Shown here piece by piece: positions 42,271-56,074 of a DNA stretch of 64,000 nt; position 1 is the stretch's first letter; every line of letters starts with the position of its first letter. The stretch comes from Octopus bimaculoides (Eukaryota). The translations under genes were made by a program, and so were the position numbers. Under the pieces are notes generated by a model, which saw nothing but the letters and a program-made list of their open reading frames with translations, was not told where the DNA came from and made no database searches. The stretch covers positions 22,051,452 through 22,115,451 of the forward strand of contig NC_068999.1 of assembly GCF_001194135.2 (NCBI RefSeq), in the 5' to 3' direction.

Positions 42271-43419
42271 AAAGAGATGCAAAACATACAGAACTTTCAC
42301 CAGGATTACAAAGAAAGAAAAAAGAGACAAAAACACATTTATAAATATGAAGGGATATATATGAATGGCTATGTTGAAAATTTAAAGGTACACACACACA
42401 CACACTCACGCAAACACACACACACATACACAAACATATAAATGCATATACACATATATATGCATATATATATGCACATACCTACATGCACACATGAATA
42501 TACACTATATGCTTTCTTACACTCACATATAGAAATAATTTAAAAAGTACAATAAAACATACAATAATTAAACCAAGACATAATTCAAAGAAATATATCA
42601 TGAAAGATTACAGGTTAGATTGAGTCTGGACACTCTAAGATCCTGTTCCCTTAACCATTTCTCAAATTGTGTACAAGTGTAACCAAATGCTCCAGTGAGC
42701 ATTATTTGAGAGATTTGCTCCAAAATCTTGAGAGTAGTTTCTTTTAAGTTCATTATAATGCCTTAGTTTTAATTTAAATTTAATAATCTATCTTTTTTGT
42801 GTCTTTTATATTCTGAACCTTACTGTTTTTCTTATTTCTTTTACTGTTTTGTGTGTTGTGTGTGTGACTGTTATACAAAAATGTTTGCTCATGAGGAAAT
42901 ATATATGAGGAAAGACGTGTGTGCCTTTGGGAAGTCCATGGCACCAGAGATATGTAAATTTGTCAATTAACTGTTTGTTTGATTTACAAAGAATGTGAAT
43001 CTTAGCTCATCTTTGTTCATCTTTATTGTCTTTATCTTTTCATTATTTCCTGTGATTTTATTGTCATTTGGAAGAAATTGTTTCTCCTCACCTGTTTCCA
43101 TTGTTTTAGGTTGAGTCTTCTTTATCTGCAATTTTTTTTTCATTTCGTTTCTTTTTTTTTTTTTGCATTTGTAAATTTTCATCCCATTGTATACATGTGT
43201 GTGTGTGTGTGTGTAATACATATATATATCTATATGTGTGTGTAATACATGTATATATCTATATGTGTGTGTCTTTGTGTTTGTGTCTATCTCTACCATC
43301 ACCACCACTTAACAACCAGTGTTGGTTTGTTTAGATCTCTGTAACATAGCAGTTCAGCAAGCGAGACTGATAGACTAAGTATCAGACTTCAAAAAAATAA
43401 ATACTGAGGAAAATTTGTT

Positions 43420-43576
43420 CAACTGGCTGTGTGGTAAGTAGCTTGCTTACCAACCACATGGTTCTGGGTTCAGTCCCACTGTGTGGCACCTTGGGCAAGT
43501 GTCTTCTACTATAGCCTCAGGCCGACCAAAGCCTTGTAAGTGGATTTGGTAGGCAGAAACTGAAAGAAACCCGTCG

Positions 43577-43619
<43 letters not shown>

Positions 43620-43830
43620 GTGTGTATATGTTTGTGTGTCTGTGTTTGTCCCCCCAACATCACTCGACAACCGATGCTGGCGTGTTTACGTCCCTGTAAC
43701 TTAGTGGTTTGGCAATAGAGACCGATAGAATAAGTACTAGGCTTACAAAGAATAAGTCCTGGGGTCGATATGCTCGACTAAAGGCAGTGCTCCAGCATGG
43801 CCGCAGTTAAAAGAGTAAAAAAGTAAAAGA
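43420..43830 (+). mobile_element. SINE family A, young full-length copy
   Basis: ggctgtgtggtaagtagc...gggttcagtcc...ccagcatggccgcag, (AAAAGAGT)-like tail. Confidence 0.88.
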
Positions 43831-44208
43831 GTCTTCTTTATCTGCAATTTTTTTTTCATTTCGTTTCTTTTTTTTTTTTTGCATTTGTAAATTTTCATCC
43901 CAAGTAAAAGATAAATGAAAGATAAACGAAAAGATATCAATTTTTTTTCATGCTGCCTTCCTTCAAAAGTGTCAAGACCCCTTTCCTGATTGCAATGGAA
44001 TTTGTGCTGTCTGTTAACAACTAGTAATTAGATTTGTTTTGATTATCGTTAGAGATTTTATAAACTTACATAAAATCTCATCTGCATTTCTCAGTAAATA
44101 TGAACTCATGTCTATATAAGATATTAATGTAAATTATATTTGCATCTCTTTATAACAATACTTAATGTTTATTTCTTATTCATAAAATATTACTTTTTTC
44201 ATGCTTAG

Positions 44209-44282
44209 AAATGCAGCAGGAATTACCAAGAGATTCAAATATTCAGCTAAAGTCTCCCTATTTCAAAGACTATGAAAAACAA
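44209..44282 (+). CDS. SHOC1: SHOC1-like exon ([25 protein letters not shown])
   Basis: gcttag|AA...CAA|gtaaga; 74 nt, phase 1-0; only one frame open; supported by phase only. Confidence 0.6.
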
Positions 44283-44878
44283 GTAAGACTTAATTTCCTT
44301 AATTTTCATTAGAATTTAATCTTTATTGAAAGCAATATTTACTGCTACTTACCATATTTGAAATCATTTGATAAGTTCATGCTACTCTTCTCTCTCTCTC
44401 TCTTGCTCTGAGTGTGTGGGTGTGTCATCATCATAATCCTCACCCTCATTTTAATGTCCACTTTTCCATGGGACAGAAGGAGATTATTGAAGCAGAATTT
44501 ATACAGCTGGATGCCTTTTCTGTCACCAACCCTCACCTGTTTCCAAGCACAGTAATATTTCTTCATGAGTAGACATTTTTGTATAACAGTGACACTCATA
44601 TATGACCATCACATGATGTCCAGAAAAGGAAGTAAAAGCATACACACACTCCAAATCACACACACATACATCATGTGTGTGCATGCACACACACACACAC
44701 ACACACATCATGTGTGTGCATGCACACACACACACACACATTGGCATGGCACAGGAGATACGATGTGGAAGAGAAGAACAGTAAACTAAATTACATTTTA
44801 TCAACATTGGTGGGATTTGAACTCGAAAATGTAAAGATTACTAAATACAGTTCATGATTTTGCCAATCACTCCTCTAA

Positions 44879-44977
<99 letters not shown>

Positions 44978-45029
44978 TAGTTTTTAAAAAAACACTTTTG
45001 ATATTTTTATAGCTGATTCTTAAGCTATA

Positions 45030-45600
45030 CTAGATATTGATTTTAAATTTTGGCACATGGTCAGTACTTTCAGGTAAGTTGATTATATTGACCCCAGTGT
45101 TCAACTGCTGCTTATTTTATCAACCTCAAAAGGATTGAAAAGTAAAGTCAACCTTGGCAGAATTTGAACTCAGAATGTAAAGACAGATGAAATGCATGCT
45201 AACAGTTCTGCCACCTTGAACTATACTATATATTGGTTTCAAATTTTGGTACATGGCCAACAATTTCGAGAGAGGTGGTAAGTCAATGTAGCCAACCCCA
45301 GAGTTCAGCTGGTACTTATTTTATCCACCCCAAAAGGATGAAAGGCAAAGTTGACCTTGGTGGAATTTGAACTCAGAACATACAAACAAATGAAATGCCA
45401 CTAAGAATTTTGCCCGGCATGCTAATGATTCTAACTATACTGTATATTGACCACTGAATTGACAGCTATTATATCAAACTTCTATAATTTTAGAAAATAT
45501 AGAAGAGGAAGCAAAGTTATGGATCTCAGAATGTAAAGACAAACAAAATACTGCTAAGCGTTTTGCCTGATGTGCTAACGACCCTGCTAGCTCACCACCT
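45030..45600 (-). mobile_element. Tandem degenerate SINE family B copies
   Basis: Repeated aaaggatgaaaggcaaagttgacc...gaatttgaactcagaa. Confidence 0.75.
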
Positions 45601-46549
45601 TAATTTCATTGATAATATTGGGCAACTCAAAGCTATAGTAGAAAGACACTTGCCCAAACTACTCTACAGTGGGATCAAACTTTGAATTATACAAGAGTGA
45701 AGCAAATTTCTTAACCACATGGCTATGCCTGCACATACATGTGAGATTATGATGGAAAGTTTCAATGTGAATGATTTACACTGAGTTATTCTTTATCATC
45801 GAGCTAGAAGTAGTTTCAGTTGAGTTGTGACCGAAGAGGTTAAATGTGTTTGCAATATAGGTCTTTATTCATCTCATAGATAAATCCCAGCATCCCAGCT
45901 ATGGCCATATTACTATAAATAAGTTAAAGAGTATTGGCTGAGTGCATGTAAAAAAAAAAAAAGCCAACGAAATCTGAATTTCTTTACTTATTTGGAGGAA
46001 AGAGACAAAAACCTTGTAGCAGTTATTAGTGAAACTTAGAAAGAAGGGAGGTAATTTTAAGAAATTAATTTTCGAAGTTAATCAACATGCTTAACAGGAA
46101 ATCTGACCTTTGTTATTAAACAAATTATAACTATGGACATGATTCAGTCTATTAAACCACATTAGCATATTATAGTCTACACAACTACTGTTTTTACTTT
46201 TAACAGGTTTAGCGCACATTCGATCATGAGTTCATAGCACCTTTTCACTAAGTGCAGCCATTAGAATGAAACCATTTATATAAGTTATGTAGATAATGGT
46301 GTTAAAACTATGGTAGCTAGTAACTTTCTCTCAGATACAGTAGTACTCTTGAAAATATACATTAATTTGAAGTTCAAAGGAATAGCTTTGGGGTATAGAA
46401 TTTCCCTTTTATTTCAACATTTTAAATGTGGGCAGTCACCATCTGAAAAAAAGTGTTTGAATTATTTGTTGTATTTACAGTATGAAGCAGTTCAAATTAT
46501 TTAAATTGTGCTTCAGATGTATGCACACACACACACACACATATGTATA

Positions 46550-47125
46550 TAAGGAAGGCTAACTGGGAAGATAGTTTTTGTATGTGGCAGATGCTCAGGA
46601 GCAATATACACTGAAGATGTGCAGAGAACAACTTCTGTCACATTCCAAGGAGAAAAACTAGAAGTAGTTGATAGCTTCCGTTACCTAGGTGACCAAGTCA
46701 GTAGCAGGGGAGGGTGCTCTGAAAGTGTAGCTGCTAGAATAAGAATAGCCTGGGCAAAGTTCAGAGAGCTCCTACCTCTGCTGGTGACAAAGGGCCTCTC
46801 AGAGTAAAAGGTAGACTGTATGACGCATGTGTACGAACAGCCATGCTACATGGCAGTGAAACATAGGCCGCGACTGCTGAGGACATGCATAAGCTCGCAA
46901 TGAAGCCAGTATACTCCGATGGATGTGTAATGTCAGTATACATACTCGACAGAGTGTAAGTACCTTGAGAGAAAAGTCAGACCTAAGAAGCATCAGCTGT
47001 GGTGAGGATGGGGACAGCTGTGTGAAAAAGTGTCACCCTAGCGGTTGAGAGAACCTGTGGAAGAGGTAGCCCCAGGAAGACCTGGGATGAGGTGGTGAGG
47101 CATGACCTTCGAACATTAGGTCTCT
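46550..47125 (+). mobile_element. RTE-type LINE 3' fragment
   Basis: LEVVDSFRYLGDQVSS.GGCSESVAARIRIAWAKFRELLPLL. Confidence 0.88.
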
Positions 47126-47798
47126 TTTTTTTTTTTTATGTGTACCTTTCTTTCAAAAGAAAAAAAAAAAAATTCTATACCCTAGAGCTATTCCTTTGAA
47201 CTTCAAATTAATGTATATTTTCAAGAGTACTACTGTTTCAACTATTTTTTCTTTTTAACAAGAAAAACCAAAGTATTATTACATGTATGACTTTAGTAGA
47301 ATATATATTCACGATAAATAAGTTTGTCCATAAACTGAAATATTTTGCTACCTGATTTCTTTTCTATTTTATACTAGCTTAAATTAAAAGTCACACTCCG
47401 TGCAGACTTTTATACTGAGGGCTAATTGGGCCCTGCAGCTCAAAACTAAAGAGAGCAATAATAATAATAATAATAATAATAAAGCATTTATTGGTACCCT
47501 ACCAATGTGGTATTACTTTAAATTGAGTTTAAATGAAAAACTTGTAAACTCAAAAATTTTTGGAGTTCTTTTAAAATTGAAAGTTTCACCTGTTAGCATA
47601 TAACAAATCCCAATGCTGGGTGTTCAAGAACCAAATAAAGGGCAGATTTTTCAATCCCAGGATCATCTTGATTCTAAAAAGGTATAGTATATTTATGTAG
47701 AGCAAACTTAGACTGAGATACAGGGGTCCTGAACGGACAGACAGAATTTTGCATTTATTATTGTAAATAAATTTAAATCTGAATTTTCTTTTCCTTAG

Positions 47799-47902
47799 GT
47801 ACTGCAGCTCATGAAGAATGTTCTAAAGCCAAAATATACAAATTGACATTCAAAAGAAGTCCAAAGGATAAAGGAGGTCAAACAACACTGTCCTTTGAGT
47901 AA
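47799..47902 (+). CDS. SHOC1: SHOC1-like terminal coding exon ([34 protein letters not shown])
   Basis: ttccttag|GT, phase 1, TAA at 47900-47902; resembles human C-terminus [20 protein letters not shown]. Confidence 0.88.
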
Positions 47903-48043
47903 AATATTTTGTTTTTATTAATTTAACTTTTTCTCTATAAAAAAGTAGTTAAACTGAGCTTATTTTTGGACAAAGCTTTTTATATACCTTATTAATTATT
48001 ATTATATACACATTGTTTATTAATTAACTTTTGATAAATGATG

Positions 48044-48049
48044 AATAAA
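48044..48049 (+). terminator. Candidate polyadenylation signal of the SHOC1-like gene
   Basis: AATAAA about 140 nt after the stop; background is AT-rich. Confidence 0.35.
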
Positions 48050-48600
48050 ACGTCTGGCCTGACAACTGTTATTAAAGTGAATATTTCTGAGAATTGAAAT
48101 TTAAGGAATTAATTATATGCATGTATGTAGATGCATGCGAGTAAATAAATCAAATGTCAAAAGCAGTCATTATAGAAATAATTGTAGAAATTTTATTTTA
48201 AAAAATTAGTCTTAGATTACATGGAATATAAAAATAACATTTACAATTTTTTTTTTTTTTTTTAAATGAAAGAATGTATAAGCCAGTGTTTCTCAAACAG
48301 TGCAATGCTTAGGATATCTAAGTGCACCATAAATATCTAAAAATATAATTTAAGGCTTTAGAAAACCTATAGTAAATTATGACCGTCTTAAAAAAACATG
48401 TTATTTTGTACACAAGTATCATTAATAAAACGAGGCATACAACAGCTTTTTAATTTTTTCCTGAATTTTTACATTAGAACAGGTCAATTTTCCTGCAAGA
48501 TGTATTTGTAATGTTTTTTTATTTGATTTCCATTGTGCCTCAAAGTCAAAAAGATTGAGAATAACTCTTATAAAACACTTCTTAATCGTATATATCAAAC

Positions 48601-48762
48601 GAATACAGAGATTGGTACATCTTCAAATTATTCTTTTAATTGAATGAAGGTGCACAGCAAATAAAGCTGGATTGCATATGCAGCAGAAACACATTGGTCA
48701 TTGCTGTATGACCAACTATAAAATTAAAAGAAAAATTGGACGATGTACCAATTTCTGTATTC
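48601..48762. repeat. 41-bp inverted repeat with a spacer of about 80 bp between the convergent 3' ends
   Basis: 48601-48641 is the reverse complement of 48722-48762 with a few mismatches. Confidence 0.85.
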
Positions 48763-49315
48763 TTTGTAATTGTTTGAAATTTACACTCCTGATTAATATT
48801 CATAATCCAGTGAAGCAAACCTAGAGTTACCCCTCAGAAGTGTTACAGTGGGATTGCTCATACTAAGCAATCACTGATGTTTGTTACCACTTGATGCAGT
48901 TAGCTGTAACCTGGAACAAACCTGAGAGCTACTCCGGTACCCACCAGGATAATTTATCCCTATTTCCTCACCTTATATATGTACACAAACACATATATAT
49001 CTACACACACACACATTATTATATATACACATTATTATACATACTTGTTTATATATGTATTCACACAACACACACATATAGATATATAAAAAAAATGGTC
49101 TTATTATAAAACATGATACAAAATACCATGTTTTTCAGACTATTTAGGTAGATTAAAAAATGCTTAGATATTATAATGTCAATATAATCACACCAATAAT
49201 AGCATCCTAGCATGTCCAAAGTCTCTGGCTTAAAACTCTGTATATAAAAGAGAATGAATAACATTATTTCATAAGTGTGTTTTGTTTCTATAAAAATAAC
49301 AAAAACTATTTAAAT

Positions 49316-49321
49316 TTTATT
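49316..49321 (-). terminator. Candidate polyadenylation signal of the minus-strand gene
   Basis: AATAAA on the minus strand about 115 nt after the stop; background is AT-rich. Confidence 0.3.
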
Positions 49322-49435
49322 GATATAATAATGGTAGACTTCTAGATAAGAAAGTAAAGTTGTACTGTTTTGAGATTTTCTTAGAGAAATGTTTTTGAAT
49401 CTATTTTACAATTAAAAAAAAAGCTAAAAACTATT

Positions 49436-49590
49436 TCAGAAAATAGAAAAGTTTGTGAGGAAGCTGCAAAAAGCCAAAATAATAGCTAAGACTGTTGCTT
49501 CATTCTTAACACTTCTATTTAAAATATAGATGGTGTTTGGCTTTCTGTAAGGGTCAAAACCATGATCAAAACGTTGTGGACAGTCATCAT
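49436..49590 (-). CDS. Terminal exon (YDDCPQRFDHGFDPYRKPN...VLAIILAFCSFLTNFSIF*)
   Basis: ttttccag|AT, phase 1, TGA at 49436-49438; hydrophobic tail with no cytoplasmic part. Confidence 0.88.
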
Positions 49591-50153
49591 CTGGAAAAAA
49601 ATTTTTTAGATTATTTATTGTATTTACAGTTTGAAGCAATTCAAACTAAGAAAATGAGATGACAAAGGAATAAACTATTATCTTATGAACTTCTTTAGCT
49701 TACTACCTTACAATGTCATTATAAAAATAAATAATTACATCATTGAAATCTTGAAGCTATGAAACAATGTGAATAAATAAGCTTTCCAGAATGTAATCTG
49801 AATGCTAATGGGTTAAAAGATGTTAATATATGACTTTCAGCTATTCTATTATAAGTGATATTCTTTTTCCTCGTTTCAGTTTTTGGAGTCAGAGAATGCT
49901 GAGGGTTCTGATTTGTGAGTTTTAGTAAATCATTTAGACCTAGTACTAATTTTAATCAACTACTTATTTTACCAATTTATAGATATGAAATGATTAAACC
50001 TTTTTGACACAATGTCTTTTTTTCTTTTTAAATATATTTGCAGAAATTTGAAAATATTTACTATCTTAAATATTTGGTATAGATGTTTTACTTATACTCG
50101 GATCCAAAATCTGTTTTGAAAGGGAATAATAAATATACAAACAACAAACTTAC

Positions 50154-50292
50154 AAAGTCTTTCACTTTCCGCCAGTTCCACCCTCAGGGTTGATCCATCA
50201 CCTAAGGCTGAATGAGCAGTTTGTTCTCTTTTACATTTGGCATTTGCAGCTCGTGACATGATTAAACTTGTCCAAGACAAACGCTCATAAAC
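50154..50292 (-). CDS. Exon (VYERLSWTSLIMSRAANAKCKREQ...ESERL)
   Basis: ttttag|GTT...CTTT|gtaagt; 139 nt, phase 0-1. Confidence 0.9.
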
Positions 50293-50656
50293 CTAAAATA
50301 TGAAAGAAGATTTTATATAAGATTTCAAATGTCTCACTTCTTTAAAAATGAATAACATATGCTAAATATTTATATAAAGCATATACTTTATGGGTTTCTT
50401 TTACACTATACAGATTAGGGTATGATGATTGTGCATGTTACATGCAATAATTAAATGAAGGGCAATGATGACAGTAAAAGAATTTAGAAGTATTATTGAA
50501 TAATTAAGATGCTGGATGTTTGATTTATGTGACATGTATTGTAACATTTCTTATTAGATTAGGGAGTGTTCACACTTCACAACTGACTAGCTGGTATCAA
50601 ACAGAAATATTGAAGTTAATTAGATTTAGAATTTAGATAAATGATTATATACAAAC

Positions 50657-50763
50657 CCAGCATCTGAAATTAGAAATGGCATCTTCATCATCATAAGTGA
50701 TCAGATATGATCTTAAGTCTTCCATCCAATAACCGACACATTTCAGAATATTGTCTGGTTCAT
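50657..50763 (-). CDS. Exon (DEPDNILKCVGYWMEDLRSYLITYDDEDAISNFRCW)
   Basis: atgtag|AT...TGG|gtttgt; 107 nt, phase 1-0. Confidence 0.9.
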
Positions 50764-51171
50764 CTACATTCAATATTCAGAAAAGGATAAACTAATTTTC
50801 ATCACAAAAAATGAAATTTCTTCAAATTAAATGAGCAACATTCTACGGAAAACATTCTTAGAGCCTAGTTATTTACATTTCTACTTTATTTTCCTGGCAA
50901 TGAAATTAACATTTAAAACAGTTGTAGTTGCATTCATTGCAATGGTCTTGGAAAAAGTGAATTTAAAATTTGATGATATACTTTTAATATTTGCACTTAA
51001 TTTCTTCAAGTTAATATTTTAAATGTCTAGATAAATAAAACTAAACTTTTATTTCTCTTCATGGAACTGTATTTTCTACATTTATCTCAATAAACAGTTC
51101 AAAATTTAATTAGAAGTAAATTCTATTTCTAGATTTAATCAACTTATTTTACTCTTTAATTGAAATCTCAC

Positions 51172-51414
51172 CATATTCTCCAATAGGCCTGCCACGATAA
51201 TCAACTGTTTCACAATATTCAACATCAATCTCAAATTTTGTCATATCCTGGGTGCAAGACTTTGCTTCACTCTGGACATTTCGGCAATCCACTTGCACAC
51301 GGGGTTTGTCTGTAATACCTCTGATACGGGTTGTATAAAACTCATTAGGAAAACCTGTTTGTATAAATGAGTAGCGTCCTCCAATAGGACATGGAACTGG
51401 AGTAGGAGGGTTAA
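51172..51414 (-). CDS. Exon (FNPPTPVPCPIGGRYSF...VEYCETVDYRGRPIGEY)
   Basis: tttcag|TT...TATG|gtgaga; 243 nt, phase 1-1. Confidence 0.92.
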
Positions 51415-52608
51415 CTGAAAGTATTATAAAATTCATTATAGAAAGAAAAGAAACAAATTGTCATACGTTTAACAAAACTAAAAAAAAATTCTACATTCAG
51501 ATCTGCTAAGAAAATGATCAAACACAGAAGCACATTTAATGTTTACATCGAATGGAAAAATATACATTTAAAGAACATTATGGATTGCTTTACTACTGAT
51601 GTTATCCAAGAGAAAGGCAAAGGCCAATACAGCTTGGAACTAATGACATCGCAACCCATTTTTACAGATGAGTGAACTGGAGCAAGGTGAAAAATAAGTG
51701 TCTTGCTCAAGAACACAATGCATAGCCCAGTCCAGAAGTTGAACTCACTACCTCATGATGCTCTAACCACTGAGCCATGCATCTTCATATTCAAAGAACA
51801 ATATGCAAATGTTGACTAAATCCTTAAACATTAACTTAAATCGCACCACATAAAAAATGCATAGAAAATGAAAATGTTAGAGTATGCTAATAAAGCCATA
51901 ATATTTTTGTCCTAGTATTTGATTACATAATTTGCATCAAATATATAACTGAATTATTTTATCATTATTAATAAATCATAGGGCAGCAAAAAAAATTTTT
52001 TTAATTTTATTTAGTTAGATATGAATAATGTAAGTGGTCATTTTTTTTATTTGAGGAAACCTACTGTTAATGGATAATCGTCACTGAAATTTCTGGCATA
52101 TATACCTTTTCATATGGTATTATTGTCATACTGAAGTAAAGTGAAATGTCTTCAACTGGACTGTGCTCCAAAATATTAACGACACCATCATTTTCATTTA
52201 ACATCCACTTTTCCATGCTTGGAATAAAGTTTAATCGAGGCAGATTTTCTGTGGCTGTATGCCTTTCTCATTGCCAAACCTCACCTATTTCCAAGCAGGG
52301 TAACATTTCCCCTAGACCAGAATATTGGAAATGAATGGCACTGCTTGTATGATAGTAACACTCATTTACAACTATCACGTGATGTCAAGACAAGGAGAGG
52401 CAAAGGCAAACACACACACACAGAAAACAGGCTTTTCAGTTTCTGTCTACTAAATTCACTTACAAGGCTTTGGTTGGTCCAAGGCTATAGTAGAAGACAC
52501 CTGCCCAAGATATCACACAATGGGACTGAACCAGGAATTGTGGCTGGAAAGCAATTTTTTTACCACACACCTGCAACAATGATCATGTGTTAGAGGAGTA
52601 GAACTTAC

Positions 52609-52740
52609 AGATAAAGTAGTCATATTTCCAATTGAAATCATCTCTGTTCATAACAAATGCTTGCCATGTGCAGGATTGACGGAATTTCTTCATTAGGAAG
52701 TTTGAGTCCATTTCATTAGATGTTAATCGGTTTGGTTTTC
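52609..52740 (-). CDS. Exon (GKPNRLTSNEMD...SCTWQAFVMNRDDFNWKYDYFI)
   Basis: cgttag|GA...ATCT|gtaagt; 132 nt, phase 1-1. Confidence 0.88.
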
Positions 52741-52969
52741 CTAACGATGGAGAGAAACAGAGTGATAACAACAACCCGATAAATAATAAATTTGAAGCAA
52801 TGACTTTAAACATTGGCACGAGATTACATATTTGAAAAAGAAGAGTATATTCGATTGAAGTGGTCCCAGTACACACCTGGTTCTTACTTTATTAATTGAA
52901 AGAAGGAGGAGTGGCATAGTTGAAACTGAATGAAAACAGAGTCAATAAATACTGCAAAGAATGATGTAT

Positions 52970-53210
52970 CATTTCTTATTTCTTTACTGCCCACAAGGGG
53001 CTATATACAGAGGGGACAAACAAGGACAGACAAATGGATTAAGTCGATTATATCGACCCCAGAGCGTAACTGGTACTTATTTAATCGACCTCGAAAGGAT
53101 GAAAGGCAAAGTCGACCTCGGCGGAATTTGAACTCAGAACATAACGGCAGACGAAATACCGCTAAGCATTTTGCCCGCCGTGCTAACGTTTCTGCCAGCT
53201 CGCCGCCTTA
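52970..53210 (-). mobile_element. SINE family B, young CpG-rich copy
   Basis: Minus strand GGCGGCGAGCTGGCAGAAACGTTAGC...GAGTTCAAATTCC. Confidence 0.88.
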
Positions 53211-54147
53211 TGTATCATTTCTATCACTCCAATGCTCTTCATAACATTAAAATAATTATTTCAAATTTTGGTACAATACCTGCAATTTTAGGGGAGAAGT
53301 TAGTTGGTTAAATTGACCCTGTCTCTGACCGATACTTTATTGTATCAACCCCAAAAAGGATGACCACAGCAGGATTTGAATTCAGAATGTAAGAATCCTG
53401 CTGATGTCAACTTTACCTTTTTTACCATTTGGTGGTTGATGAAATAAAGCCTCAGTCAAGTATAAGAGTCAATAGCATTACAATAATAATAACACCAACA
53501 ACAGACATACAAAATACAAGAAATAAATGTAAGAAAAAGTTTATTATGTGCTTCATGATGTAGCTTTAATACTTCAATGTTTAAACATGGATATAATTAT
53601 TAGAGCTTTTTTTTATTCTCCCACAATTTATATAAAACTAGAATAAGTTCTATGTTTAGATGGTTTTTACAAATTTTAATATTTGGATGCCCTTTATAAA
53701 ACATGACATTCAACAATAACAGTTGACACCTGTTATTTCATGAAGAAAACCTTAGTCAAGCTAGGTAGGGTCTGTTCCTTGCTCAAAGACAGCTATTGTA
53801 GGAAGGTTTGATGCTTCTATGTGACCAATAAATACTACAGCCATTTCTTCTTCCAAGATCATATTAGAATTTTAATCTAATGCTGAATTGAGGGGTACAT
53901 TCTTCGCCAGGGAAGGTTTTGGCATTGCTCAGAAACTGGACGTGGCTCAGTCTTTTACCTACAGACAAATGTCTTGGCAGGGCAATGGGAATGAAGAAAG
54001 TATTGAAGAACATACTAGTTTATCCTCCCTTGTAGACAAAGGTTTTGATGGTGTCATAACCTAAAGGGTTACAAATAATTTTCTTTATGACAATCAATTT
54101 TAAAATCAATTTAGGGAAATAAAAATAGAAAGTTATATCAAACTTAC

Positions 54148-54212
54148 CAACTCTAAATCTCACAATACTGTGATGTCTTGGTTGAATATCAAAACAAACA
54201 AAATCAATTTCA
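54148..54212 (-). CDS. Exon (CEIDFVCFDIQPRHHSIVRFRV)
   Basis: ttttag|T...GTTG|gtaagt; 65 nt, phase 2-1. Confidence 0.9.
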
Positions 54213-54759
54213 CTAAAAGAGAAGATACATAACCAATTATTCAATTTTGCTAGGTAGTTACTTCAAATTTTTTACAACAGCATTTTTTCTTTTTTTGTCA
54301 TGTTAAAGTTTCAGGAATTAAGGTGAACAGAATAGAAGAATCAGTTGGTGAAGAATCAGTAAGTGAACAGAATAGAAGAAACAATTAGTTTTCAAGTGTG
54401 ATAAAATTCAAAATTCAAGGAAACTGGTAATGGTCTGTGATGGCAAAGATCAATCAGTCAGAAAGATCAAAATAGGTAAGGTTAATTTGTGTAAGAGTTT
54501 TATATACTGAACTTTGCTTTTCATCAGAGAATAATGAAAAAAAGGTTGAATTAAAAGCAAGATGAGAAAGGGAGTTAATGTAGAAGATGAGAATGATGGA
54601 AAGGATGTTTTTGAAATACAAAGACATGATGGTCATGGAAAGAACGATATTTGGACTTGGCTTTCTTAATCAGTACTGATGTTGGGTTAATCAACAACCA
54701 GTCACATAAACATGTATAAAGCCATATACAGTGATGAAGATACAACACAATTTAATTTG

Positions 54760-55740
54760 TGTAGATATCGATGTGATTGACCCATAGTCAGTTAGGTATT
54801 AGAGGAAGGTGTCATACTCAATGTCATGGTCAACTACAAGGACAAAGAATAAGTACTAGAGACAGGGAACTACAGAAACATCAAGCTGATGAACTGGTTT
54901 GTGAAAGTTACTGAAAGAGTTGTAGCATAACTAATTAGGAATAGAATTAGTCCAATATGTGAAGCATTTGCACTTGTGCAAGGAAGATATACTACCAATT
55001 GCCCTCTTTCAAGTAAAACAATGGCAGGAGAAGTACTTGGCTAAAAGTAAATTGCCATACCTAGCATTTGTAGACAGGGTCTTTGTAAATTGGTAGACAC
55101 TAAAGGCAAGAGCTGTGCAAGCCATGTACAGAGGTGCAACCAGCAAAGTAAGAGTTAGCAATAAGTAAAGTAATAAATTTAGGATGCAGGTAGGAATCCA
55201 GCAGGGCCCAGTCCTTTTCTATTGGCTACAATAGTGGTGTTTAAGACGGGCTTATCCATGGGAACTTCTATATGCTGATGGCTTTGTTCTTATTCTTATA
55301 GTAGAATCTAAGACAAGTTGACAGAATTGTTAGTATGTCAAACAAAATGCTTAGTGGCAGTTCTTCCAGCTCTTTACATTTGGATCTCTCTCTCCTAATA
55401 TGTTCTAATTACATTTACATATGCTGCTTCTTACATCTCTTTGATGCTCTCTTTTCTCTCTTTAATTCATCTCTTGCCATTCATCCTCTTTTGTTCACTC
55501 TTATGTTGCCAAGATAACTAAGGATGGTGGAGGATATCTCCCATTCACTGTACCATGCAACAAAGGTATCTAGGGATGGTATTAGATCTGTGTTGCCTTT
55601 ACATGACTCTGATACTCCTTTTCTGTCCTATTCACTGTGCAATGTCACTTACATGGCATTGGACCTACACATATCCAATCACCATTATCACCATACTTAT
55701 TAATCTGGCTCATCCTGAGGCCATGTACAAGAAATGACAT
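54760..55740. mobile_element. Degenerate LINE fragments; 55376-55680 is similar to 61522-61790
   Basis: Plus-strand RT remnants (NYRNIKL, QEKYLAK); shared minus-strand LINE 3'-like segment. Confidence 0.65.
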
Positions 55741-56074
55741 TCGATTTGTTTGTACCTGATATACTCTGTAAATATATAAATCGCGTATAACAGTTCATCC
55801 CTTCCCCACAACCACTGTATTCCCCCTCCCACTCTCTCTCATGAATCTACCTGCACACAATTTGCCAAATCATTCCCCCACAACATACCCTCCTAATGAA
55901 CCCCTCCTTCTACCTGCTCACTACATTCTCTCCTCCACTCCATCTCTCCTTTTGCATTCTTGCAAACTCACCCACCCACCCTACTCACCCTCAAATGAAG
56001 GTGTCCTGGATTATGACAGATACACATTTTTTATCTCACAGTTAATTCTGTGCCTCTTCTTTTCTATCTTGGGT

